From: Utricularia gibba
Taxonomy: Eukaryota; Plantae; Magnoliophyta
Assembly (NCBI GenBank): GCA_002189035.1
Contig: NEEC01000002.1
Coordinates: forward strand, 1,860,001 to 1,924,000
Direction of reading: 5' to 3'
Length of the DNA: 64,000 nucleotides
Of this stretch, positions 11,563 through 23,238 are shown piece by piece. The notes under the pieces are model-generated. The model was not told the origin of the DNA. It saw only the letters and a program-made list of their open reading frames with translations, and did not search any database. A program made the position numbers and the translations under genes. Every line of letters starts with the position of its first letter. The first letter of the stretch is position 1.

Positions 11563-13556
11563 ATGGAACCTCCGTCGGAAAACGTCGATAGCCGCCGTGA
11601 AGAGGCGCAACCCTCGTTCCAATTCCGATCTTATACTTCAATTTCGTCCTTTGGAAAGTGCAGCGGCCCGAAGTGTTTTCCGACCCCGCCGCCGTCCGCG
11701 AACCCTTTCCCCATCCGTCGTCCCACCGTTAACCTTACGAATCCACCTGCAAACACTCGGGAGGTTATCCTTCGCACACCGGTGCCGCATGCGGAGAAGG
11801 TGGATCCTGTAACTTTTCCTCACCACTTCACCGTTCCGGAAAGAAAATCCGATCCCCCGATGACTTAGCACACTTCCATTCCTCGCCATCATGCCGCAAT
11901 TTTCTTGGCTTTATTGTCTCCCTTTCAGAGTCTGTAAAATCGTGCAAGATCTCCGATTCTTTCTATGTGTCTCCCGTCGTTGAAGTATTGTTATCCATTC
12001 TCCAAAGGCTTACGGATTACGTGGATGAAATCCCACCGGCGCCGCAGACTGCGAGGTACGGCAACGTGGCTTTTCGTGAATGGCAAGAGCGTTTGAACGG
12101 CGAGGCTGAGTCGTTCATGCTGAGGCTTCTGGAGCCTGCAATTCAGGAAGGCGCCGCGGAACTTGTTCCTTATTTCACTGACAGCTTTGGCAATGCTACT
12201 CGCATCGATTATGGTATGAAAAATGAATCAGCAATTGCTATATGTCTTTATATGCAAGTTGGCATTGAAATTAGCAGTTGGCCCCTTACATATGTCTCTT
12301 TTTCTGCCCTATTCATGCCTGTACCTTGTGCTTCTTTCTTCAAGGCCGTTTTAGGGACTTCTCAATTGTAAATTTAGTCAAATTCTAAGAAAATGAGTCG
12401 TGCCATCATGTGCAAAACTAGTAGCCCCAACTTTAATCATGTTTTCCGTTGCTAGCCTTGTGATTTTAAAAGTATTTTGTACTTAATAGGCACTGGCCAT
12501 GAAACGAACTTCGCTGCGTGGCTCTATTGCCTTGCAAGGTTGGGCATTTTGAGAGAGGAAGATTTTACAGCTCTGGTATTGAGGGTTTTTGTAAAATATC
12601 TGGATTTGATGAGAAAGTTGCAACTGACTTATTGCTTGGAGCCAGCAGGATCTCATGGTGTGTGGGGACTTGATGATTATCATTTTTTACCGTACATTTT
12701 TGGCTCATCCCAACTGACTGGCCACAAGTATATGAAGCCATCATCCATCCATAATGATGATATTTTGGAAAACTTCTCCAAAGAATACATGTATATGTCC
12801 TGCATCCTTTTTATAAAAAAGGTGAAGAAGGGATCATTTGCCGAACATTCGCCTCTGTTAGATGACATCAGTGGAGTCCCAAACTGGAATAAGGTGAATA
12901 GTGGGCTTCTAAAGATGTATAAAGTAGAAGTTCTGGACAAGGTTCCCATTATGCAGCATTTTCTCTTTGGCTCCATCATTCAATGGTATGCATCCCCACT
13001 CCATCTCCTTTATGCATTGAATACTTGATACAGGGATGTTTTTGTCGGTCCTGCTGGATATCGATTTTCTCTGTGTTTAAAGGCAGATTAAAATACTTTT
13101 ATTTCTTTAGCCGTGTTTGTAACTTCTTTTTTATGGCATTTTTTTTTTGTTTATGACCTTTCCCAAGGAAGTGACTTTGTGAAATCTTTGCATTTGATCA
13201 TCGGGTTAAGTTTCAGAAAAGGATGGAGGTGTTCTAGCGGTTTATATGCGATATTAATTAGGTAGAATTAGGCAGTTAAATATGGAATCTGTAGTATCCA
13301 TAGAAATTCTACCAATCTAGAAATATTTTTCTTGTTCGTCAAAAGACTTATTGAGCACTTAGAAGGAGTTGAAAGGCGTCTAAAACATCTGTCTGGCTCG
13401 CTACTATGATATTTGAAGCCTGTCCTCGTGTTTAAGAGATGAATAAATCAAGCTTCTGTCTGAATATATTTGTTGCTATTGTTTATTGCATCAATCGATC
13501 TGTTTAAATTGTAACGGCAGTGACTACAGTTTCTCCTATGCTGCAGGTTGGAATGA
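11563..13556 (+). CDS. PTPA: PP2A phosphatase activator (PTPA) with one apparent homopolymer frameshift
   Basis: Exons 11563-12213, 12490-12985, 13547-13556. Motifs DSFGNATRIDYGTGHETNF, LEPAGSHGVWGLDDY and KVPIMQHFLFG. Adding one A at 11844-11847 restores ERKIRSPDDLAHFHSSPSCRNFLGFIVSLSES. Confidence 0.93.
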
Positions 13557-14826
13557 GAAGTAAGGGGTAGCTTGTTCAATATTATTCCTCAAGGTTGTTG
13601 GTGGTTATGAAGTCCCCATCTTCTATATAGAACCGGCTTTTCATTTGTAGAGCAGGTTTTGATGTAAACTCTGTTACTCAGATGCGATAAATCACTGTTG
13701 GGGATGGCGAATGTGTTTAGCTCATATTTGTAGGAATTGAGAACTAGCAGCATTTGGACCCGAGAAGAAGTTTTCTCTTGTTTATTTTATAAGTTGTTTG
13801 AACGATTGCTTTGCTTGTTGTGAACCCATAGGAGATCATATCGATCATTGTGTTCTGTTTTTGTGTTTCCACTTTCAAGATAGCCTCCATGTTATATATT
13901 TGTTTATAACACAAGTTGGTCTTGTCATTTGCAGTCAGAGTTGCCTTTGTTTCTTCATCAACAGCTTTACATCCGAAGAAACGAAGTTGGTTCACACAAC
14001 AGAAGTGTCACCTGGGGTGGTGAAGTGATTTCTGGAGGTACCGTAATGCTTCATGATGGTTCAACCAGAACTTAAAATCGTCATTTCTCAAAGTCTCAAG
14101 TACTTTTGACTTGGTTTCTAAACACTCTCTCTTTCTATGACTCCTTCAATATTTCTGAATGGAATCATCACCTGCAAATACTTTGTGATTGCTTATTTCA
14201 TGCCCTCTAGGGATTAGACAAGACTATGTCATACTGCTGACCCTATTTCCCATTGGCCACTGGAGGAATGATTTTTGATGCACTTCGGAATGCATCTCTA
14301 TGGTTGGGGGTCAGGGATCCAAATAATCTTTCAAAAAAAATTCACAAATTACAGGTGGGCTTCAAGCATCTTTCGAGAGTCTTCTGCACTGATCCCAGGT
14401 GCGCTTAAAGTATACAGAATCAGATGTCCATTTATAAACTAATCCATGGTATGTGTTGCACAAGTATCCTTTTTTCTAAGTCCCGATGTCCCAAAACAAG
14501 ACTTGGGATGTTGACACTGACTGATTTAGATTTCTAATCATTTCGTGATGTGTCTGAGAAAATTAATCATTTTTATATTTTTTTTAATTTTAATATGTAA
14601 TAATAAATTAAAGAAAATTAGATTTGTGAGTGATCCATTAATTCATGTGCTAACATCGGTTTTTTCGGGTTACCCGGCGGCCACAAAAACACTGTTTGAA
14701 AATGAGTTCAGGTATTTTTCTTACTGATCAATAAAAAAAATTCGCAAATTGCGTGAAGTGATCGGATCCTTCACACCAAACGCAATCGGGTGGCCGGGCA
14801 TTTTTGCTTCACTGGATCCTACTTGA

Positions 14827-16143
14827 TCACCTTTGTGGCTGGGCGTGCGGTACCGGGTACGTCATCGGCGCACCGGGGACGACTCCGTAAGCTAGATGAG
14901 TTGGCGGTGGGAGATTCACCGGGGTCCCTACGGCGGAGACTCCAATCGGTTGCCCTATCGTCGGCGCACCATAAACAGGACCACCGATCGCCGCCGGTTG
15001 CGGATGCTTGGGTTTTCCAACAGCCGTACCGTTGGCTTGGCCGGTGATCGGGGGTTGGGGAACGACGACGTCCGCCGTGTTGGCGTTGGTGATGTCGTGG
15101 ATGCTTGATCTCCGGCGATCCTTGTTCATGGAATTCAGACGAATGAAGTACTTCTGAGCATGGCTGGCCACCTGTGTAGGCGTTCTTGTTACCACGAAAT
15201 TGCGAGCAATGCTTCTCCAGTCTCCTTTCCCGTACTTCTCCAGTCCAAGAAGAAACAACCTGTTTGTTTGTCCAATCACAACAACACAGGAGATATTATT
15301 AAGGCAAATGAACCTGGACAAGAAGCATGTCTGAAAAACGCACACACCCCACATCGGAATCCATGAACTGCACATTAGACACAAATCACTGACCAGCTGA
15401 TTTCAAGTCTACTCCCACACATACACCTCGCAGACAGAACAGAGCCGCGTTCATGTAAGTTAACCGGAGTTGACCTAATGGGGAGGCTGGCCAATGAACT
15501 GAATTTACAGTGGTCGGTGGTAGAAAAGATTCATAGAACTCTAGTATCTGAATTACTCTTCCTATTGTGATTCTAACTATTTTCTACTCCCAATCCCGAA
15601 CAGGCATCAAGACTCATAAAGACACTTTTTGAGTCAAGCCATCCAATGCTTAATCCCATCAAACAACACCCAGAAAACATCTTCCTTGTAGTTTGCGCCA
15701 ATGATCATCACGAGGAAAATTTAATCACAAAGCACAGGCGCAGTTCATCAGCTTCAAGGGGGACCAAGCAATACTTACCGGTGCTCATCTTCCGTCCAGG
15801 CAATCCCCTTCCGCCGCTCCTGATCCGCCTTCGAGCACTTCCCCCCGGTATTCGTTTCGCCTCCGCCACCCACGTTCCCGCCTCTCTTACCCTCGTGACT
15901 GGTCGACCCATCGGAGCCGGAACTGTAACAGGGGAGCTGCACGAACCCAGATTCTATCCGACTCACATCCTCCCGCAGAAGCTCATAGTGATGCTTAACA
16001 TCTTCCGCGGATTTTCCAGCGACTTCCGCGGCGATTTTCTCCCATCTGTTGGGGCAATGGTCGCCGTAGGTAATCAGCGCCCTTTCGAATTGCTTATCCT
16101 GGTCCCATGTCCAGATCAAGCTACTTGATTCTTGCGCTGGCAT
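14827..16143 (-). CDS. SRM1: DIVARICATA/SRM1-like MYB transcription factor (SANT plus SHAQKYF)
   Basis: Exons 16143-15779 and 15259-14827. [13 protein letters not shown]...[40 protein letters not shown] and [13 protein letters not shown]. Confidence 0.93.
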
Positions 16144-17807
16144 CTAGAACAGGATAACTGATTCAGCAGCAAATTCTGGGGATCTGGGAGTTTAGGATAA
16201 GAAATATCCAGAACAGTTGATGAGAAAGAAAGCATAAAAAGAGGCAGGGAGGAGAGAGAGATCTTTGTTTTCATTAGAAACTATGGATCTAAAGAAATAG
16301 AAAGAAAGCTGGTAAAAAGGTGAACTCCTGCTATTCCAGGCCGTGAAAAGTGAAAAAGGAATACCAGGTTTTTGTTATGTTTGTTTCTTTTTTTAACTTT
16401 CATCTCGTTTACTGACCGACCACGGTAAAAAAAAATACAAAGCAGAATTAATTAATGTATTTTTAAATTTGATGAAATATACCTCAATTTTTTATCAATA
16501 TTTCCGTACCTACGATGTTTTTTACTATTTAGACATAGACAAGAAAAATAGAATAATAAAATAACTATTTAAAATTGCAAAAATTATTTTTCATTGAACA
16601 ACATAAATATTGGATTCTATTTAATTCATATCGAATGTATGCTTTTTCCAAATACTTTTTTAAAAATCTAATTCATTTAATTAATTAACATAATTGAATA
16701 CTTTTAATAAATAAATAAAATATGTTTCGTATTTATTATAATTTATAATATATTTTGAATTTCCTCAAATGTAAAATATCTTTTGAGCGCTAAAGAGCTT
16801 CTAAACATTGCAATTGCATGAAATTTAAATTCATTGCCTATGAATATGCATCTATAATATGTTATACAATATCTCATATGGATTAGAATATTTAATATTA
16901 TATTATAATTAACATAATTGATCAACATACAAAAATATCACGAAAAGAACTAAAAGTATAGCATTATAAAAAAATATTATATAATTTAATGTTTTCGATA
17001 AAATATGAATAGTATAATTTTTTATTTAATCACTAAAATAAAGATTTAAAAAAATTAATCACGTTCATTTCAGGGGGTGATGCGTAAATACTGAGTGGAG
17101 GAGGGGGCAAGATGTAATTTCCGGAACGATGTTGATGCGTTGTCTAAAAATGAGCGACGGCCCCACGCAGACAGAAACCACACAACCTTGTGACAGGCAG
17201 CGTGTGCGTGTGTCTGTCACGGAGAGCGAAATGTGGCGGGGCCCGTGAGAAAATTATCAGGAATAAAATAATTTTAATATCCTAAACAATTTTCGATGAA
17301 AAATAAAAAAAAGCCCTATTTTGACCTTTGGATGTTTATCCTTCGATGACCAAATAATGGATGGAAAATAGAATTTGGTTCAATTAATGATTATCAATTG
17401 AAAAATAATAAAAATTTGATAAATGAAAGAAAATTAGTAAGTATCTATTTGAAAGAGATTATAGAAAAGAGCTTTAAATTAATAAAAATATAAGAACATT
17501 TTTTATGTGTAAAAGGTTTCAAATTTTAATTTCTATTTTATTAGAAGTATTTCTTTCAAATTATATTTAAATCAAATAAACAAGTTTAATATTTTTATAA
17601 AACTGAAGGCTTCCAAGTTTTGGAAATTATTTTTAAATTAATAATTTTTTTTTTATCATGGATATCCCTTGTAAGAACCCAAACACAAGGTTCTAGAGAT
17701 TTCTTCAGCATATGAGATATGGGCCATCTGTAGGGGATTCTGTTGGACCATAGATTGGATCGCCAGTATCGCAGTCCCAAGTTGGACGCCTTCGTTGCCG
17801 GGCTTCC

Positions 17808-19170
17808 ATGGCGCTGTATGAGTCGGCCTAGGGATACTCCTTGTTTGTGGCTAAGGGGATTGATGAAATCGGCGAGAATACAGAAGCTGTTCGTGGGTCC
17901 GTTTTGGAGAGGTGGTGAATTTGGCTGCATTCTGTTCCTTCGTCTCCGCGCTCGATTCTCTTAGCCAGTGCAATGGAGTCTCGGAGGGTAGGTTCCGAAC
18001 GCTAACTTGAACTGCATCTTGTAAATAGTTGAAGCGAGGGTTGGTTTTTATGTTCTGTGCATGCCTTTTCTTTTCCGAAGATATTATACCCTGTTTGTTG
18101 CGTTTTGAGTATTGTGAAATTTACGCGATCAGGAAGAAGAGGAATACCTAACTGTATGTGTTTTTAGTAGAGGTGCTTGTTTTCATCATAATAAGGGGGC
18201 TCAGCCTCATTCTTTGGAGAATGTATTGTTTATATTTATAGTTTACTCGTACCTATTTGCTGCTTTACGTTGGTAGAAAATTGTCCATTTAGACTACTAG
18301 TGCCATCTGTTTTGCACCCTGAAACTCCTTGTTGCTACTATACTCACATATCTTCTGTTTATTGATAATTACTCTATGTGGATAAGCTTTTGAATACGTG
18401 ATAGCAGTTCCTGAGTAATTTTCCCTATTGTGGGGACCTGGTCAGATGACAGATGAACTGAGGAGTTTTTTTGTGTCAAAGGAGTTAAGAAACAAAGATT
18501 CAGCTTGTGATTTGTATGATTTGAAGCGTATCCCGTTTATATTCTATGTTTCCCTCAGGGAACTTTGCTTACAAAGATTTCTATTTTCAGGTCCGGATCT
18601 ATCACTTGTTGATTTAACTAATGCCAAGCTATTTGCACCCACAGTGATGGATCTTGCCGAGTACAGAAAGAAGCTGTATCACTATTTGGTCACAAAATGA
18701 ATGACATAGTCCCCCATTGGCCGCCTTGATCGGTGAATTAGTTGGTACGCGTTTAATTTCTCATTCTGGTAGCCTTACAAGCCTGGATATGTGTACTTCA
18801 TCGACTCTTCTGATTTGGGCAAACACAACTTCTGATGCTCTTCATATCTGCAGGGCAATAAAAACTCATGTAAGTACTCCAAACTGTGATCTTATTTTTC
18901 AATCTTCATTCATCGGTCCGGGTGCTGTTGTATGCGCTGAAGACTGTAGATATCGAAGGTTTTGCCCTCATCAGAACACACAATTGCTCACAAGTGGAGA
19001 TACTTTTATTCAGCCCCTTGTTGATGATACAATGCCATTTTTCATCATTTATCTTATGGTTTGCTCTGGTATCCACCATCTGCAGATGATGGGTGAGGCT
19101 ACTGAACCAGTAAACGGAGATACAGAGAGAGCGAAAGATGCCGTTCATTCTAATGGGAAAACATGAAGAT
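17808..19170 (+). pseudogene. NOP56: Degenerate, unprocessed NOP56 (box C/D snoRNP protein) pseudogene
   Basis: 17808-17987 reads MALYESA*GYSLFVAKGIDEIGENTEAVRGSV...AAFCSFVSALDSLSQCNGVSEG. ~18446 reads MTDELRSF. From 18591 it reads PDLSLVDLTNAKLFAPTVMDLAEYRKKLYHYLVTK...LAALIGELVGTRLISHSGSLTSL..SSTL. From 18854 it reads AIKT..TP...LIFQSSFIG. There is an in-frame TAG at 17829 and large internal deletions. Confidence 0.87.
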
Positions 19171-20226
19171 GTAGGCGTCAAAAAGAAGAGTAAAGCCGAC
19201 CATCCCTTGTTGAAAGTGCGGGCCTTTGCAACGCTGCCACTACCCGGTCGTTTGACGAGGACCATGTTTCTTTTCTCGGTTAACATAGACGACGGCGGCG
19301 GCCAAGTGTGCCCACCGCCCTGCGCCTGCCGCCGGTGTGAACAACTACCAACTACCAAGCCCACGGATACCAGTTTCTGAGGATACGGGCACGCGGCATC
19401 CAGAACGTGCAATTATCACAAGCATCGTTAGGTTTGTCGCAGACATGGTATTTGAAAATAATTAAATATATATAGGATAAATATTACAATTTATCCATTT
19501 TAGTTTGAGAATTTTTAATTTGTGTCATTTTTTCTAACATGCAATAATACAATCTCAATGCATATATTTGGTCAATACATTGTAATTTATATGTTTTAAA
19601 GTGAAACTGTATATTATTTTTAGGTCGTTTTGGTAATTTGGCATATAGACTAACATTTTATAGAGGAATCTTAGAATATTAATAGGTGTCACAAAAGTTT
19701 GGCAGGGTAGGCATCTGATTCAAAGTTGATGCATCATATTCTAGGGATCGCTTTGTAAAACTTTTCCAAAAATACTTTTTGATAATTAATTATATTACAA
19801 TAAAAAAACTGGAATTTTGTAAGTTTTTTAAAATAATAATATATTAATTCAGTTTTAGTAATATCAATTTTATTATTTTTTGAAATATTTATTGAGAATG
19901 ACAAATTGTTATAACTGTACAATTCATTTAAGTGACGTAAGGGGGATGAATTTCAATTTATTACCATTTAAAGCAGCTAATCCTATCTGTCTCATAACTC
20001 ACGCTCTTCAACGCTCTTGTGGACCCCACCGTACGTCAAACCGCCAAACGCTGTTAACTAATCGAGCTCTCGAATCAACGTGCGGCTTGCTTCAGAAGTC
20101 ACCGCCGTCAAGCTTTAACGATAACGACGACCGAGGAACCGGCATCTTCCGAGTTCCCTCCTCCCCGTCTCCACCTTCAAAACACTTGCCCGTTTTCTTT
20201 TGCTCCGCTGCTCGGCAATCTTGACC

Positions 20227-21748
20227 ATGGGTGCGCAGCTTCCAGGACCCGTTCAACTCAAATGCTCCGTCAAGAAATACGACTGGGGGAAGCGCGGGAA
20301 GGACTCCACAGTCGCTCGGCTTTATCGTAGAAACGGCGGGGAAGAAACCGCCGATGATGAGCCGTACGCCGAGCTGTGGATGGGGTCACACGAGTCTGGG
20401 CCCTGTTACGTGGTATTCATCGATGGTGCGAATGACGATCACAAACTGAGCTTGAAGGATTGGATCGGCCAAAATCCGTGTGTTCTTGGAGAAAAAGTAA
20501 TCCAACACTGGGGCTTGAATCTACCTTTTCTGTTCAAGGTACACAGCTTCTCAAATGCTTTTCCTTGTGTTCAAAAATTTACATATCCTATTCTGATTTT
20601 GACTTGAACACAAAAGGTGCTTTCTGTGGAGAAAGCTCTGTCATTGCAAGCTCACCCGGATAAGGTTTTGGCCTCTGTCCTTCACAAGAAGCATCCGGAT
20701 GTTTACAAGGACGATAATCACAAGCCTGAGATGGCTTTAGCGATTACAGGTTTTGAGGCTTTGTGTGGCTTCGTTTCTTTGGAGGAACTTAAAGGTGTTG
20801 TTGTGACCGTGCCTGAGATCACTAAAGCAGTGGGAGATGTTTCATTAGCAGAGAGAGTCTTGAATTTGAGCAAACAAGATGAGGAGAAGACGTTGAAGGA
20901 GGCTTTGCAATCCCTGTTTACTCAGCTCATGAGTGCAGACAAGGATACCATCTCTGAGTTAATCCCCTCTTTGATTTCTCGACTCAATTCTGACTCCAAG
21001 GTAAGTTACACCAGAGTACTCGCCTACAGTTGAAGCAAATTTCAAGCATGATTTGGTTTAGCTATCTGATAGGTAAGGGAGCTTACAGACAAAGAGGAGC
21101 TGGCTGTGAAGCTAGCACACCAATATCCAGGTGACATTGGTGTGCTAGCAGCTTTTCTCTTTAACTATGTGAAGCTTAAACCTGGGGAGGCTCTGTTCTT
21201 GGATGCGAATGAGCCACATGCTTACGTACACGGCGAATGCATCGAATGTATGGCGACATCCGATAACGTTGTGCGCGCTGGACTTACTCCTAAGTTCAGA
21301 GATGTGGAAACTCTCTGTTCAATGCTCACATACAAACAGGTGACGCCACTGGACTTGGCATTTCTCCCTGCATCCTGTGTTTAGTCCCCTGACTTATCTT
21401 GGTTTTGCATTGCAGGGCTTCCCTGAAATCCTTAAAGGGGTTCCTTCAGGTCCCTACACCATGAAATATAGTCCGCCATTCGATGAATTCGAGGTCGACT
21501 GGTGCCATCTTCCGCCTAGCGTCAGTGGGAGTGTTGTTGCTTTTCCAGCAGTTCCTGGGCCTACAGTGTGGATAATCACAGCAGGAGAAGGAGCAATCAG
21601 CACCACTTCCTTCTCTGAACTCGGCATTGCTGCGGGCGATTCCTTTTTTGTGCCTGCAAGTATTGCCATCACAGTGCAAACAAACTCTGGTCTGGATCTA
21701 TTCCGAGCAGGAGTTAGTTCCAGATTCTTGGAGAAATCCGGCACCTGA
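20227..21748 (+). CDS. PMI: Mannose-6-phosphate isomerase (type I PMI)
   Basis: Exons 20227-20538, 20617-21000, 21073-21339, 21416-21748. Motifs [51 protein letters not shown] and [15 protein letters not shown]. Confidence 0.96.
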
Positions 21749-22581
21749 AAACACCTACCCATTTACTTCTCCTTTGAATACTCCCCATCAACACATTGTA
21801 ATAAATTTGCAAGGATGAGCTGCAGTTGAGAGTTCGGCAGGTGAGATGATGGGGCTAGAGTTCTGTATTTGTGCTTCCTGATATATACCATGCTTTTATT
21901 TAGATAACAATCCCATTCCAACCAAATTCTATAATCAGAATCCAAACCATGAAAGAAGACTGAGACATCCATGTAAACTAAAGAAACTTCATGTACAGTC
22001 CTAATCCACTTCATAAAGCAGCATCCAGTTCACAAGGAAAGGCGGATCTGGTAAAGCTGGGATACATTTGGCTTCTGGGTACAGAGAACAGCGTACCTTT
22101 TGAACATTCAGGTTAATAAATTGCAGAAAAGAAGTGACATTTGACAAGCTCTTCACGATCATGCTTTCTTTTGAGTATTATCGACAAGATTGCAAGTCTC
22201 TGAAGAAACCACAAGTCACTTCTGAGCGACTGCGTGCCGCCCCTGCAATTTACCTGGTGGATCTTGTAGTTAAATTATTCCCCACCACATTACTTACAGA
22301 GTGCAGCTGTATGTGAATCCCAGATCCAGAGGGGCAGGCAGTGGGCTCCCCCCACTACCCAGCTTTTTATCGAAATTTCCTATAACAATGTGCATTGTGT
22401 TTCAGTTGATCGAAGAAGAAAAATGCTTTTTTTACAGTTTCGGATTTAGGGTATTTGTATTCAGTTTCACGGCAATTGGCCCCTGCTTCTTGAGACGGCG
22501 GTGAGCAAAGGAAAGGCTGAAGCTTTCAGCTCCTGTTGTTCCAGGCGAGACAAAGAGGAAAGTGGATGCAGAGGCGAGACT

Positions 22582-22657
22582 GGCCCAAAGGCCCAGTTAT
22601 TTATGAAATTCGATAATAAAAGCCCATAAATATTGGGCCACCGCAGCAATTTGGGCT
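22582..22657. promoter_or_regulatory. Five site II motifs (possibly bidirectional promoter) upstream of the KH gene
   Basis: GGCCCA at 22582 and 22590, AGCCCA at 22621, TGGGCC at 22634, TGGGCT at 22652. Confidence 0.55.
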
Positions 22658-23238
22658 TTATTTTGTGAAATTTCCGAATGATGTGACGGAGTTCTTCTGA
22701 ACTGGGGTTTTGGAACCAAAATAACGCTTAGACAAGCTATGAATTCCGTCGGCAATCGTTGCTTCTCCGTGACCCTGTTCTTTTCCTCTAACAGTGCTAT
22801 TTTACTCCACTGGCGTTAGGAAGGTGTTTGTCCACCGTATTGGAGTCTTTTGAGGTAAGTTGAGTACTGTCAAATGTTGGGAGTGAGAATGTAGAAGATG
22901 GACTGCTTGTATTGAGCCTTTAGTTCTTTGACCTTTTTTAAGTGTAGAAAGAATTGCGGAAGTGGTGATAAATATTGATTTGAAGTATGCATATTGCAAT
23001 TTAGGGTTTAGTCGCTGGATGCTTGCTTTTTAAGTTGGGATCCATCGTTTTTTTTTTTTTTGAAAGGTAGAAAATTTTTTAGGAAATGCTCTGTGATTCT
23101 TGGGTGCATAGTTTTAGGTCTCATTTTCGTAACTCCAATAGCTGAAAGATGTGAAAGCAGAAACATCTGGAAAACTGTTTGTTTCCACATAATCATCATT
23201 GCATAATAATCCAGGGTGAAACATGTCTGCAGATTAAG

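Noticed and set aside
14246-14313. Long imperfect hairpin CTGACCC...GGGTCAG with inner GATGCA/TGCATC stem
   Set aside because: No convincing H/ACA or C/D boxes and no miRNA-quality duplex.
22563-22574. 12-nt match (CCTCTGCATCCA, minus strand) to the 3' part of miR162
   Set aside because: The 5' seed is absent and there is no complementary star arm.
23001-23012. TTTAGGGTTTAG telomere-like motif (also telo-box-like motifs at ~457 and ~60190)
   Set aside because: Single units only; ordinary telo-boxes, not an interstitial telomeric array.
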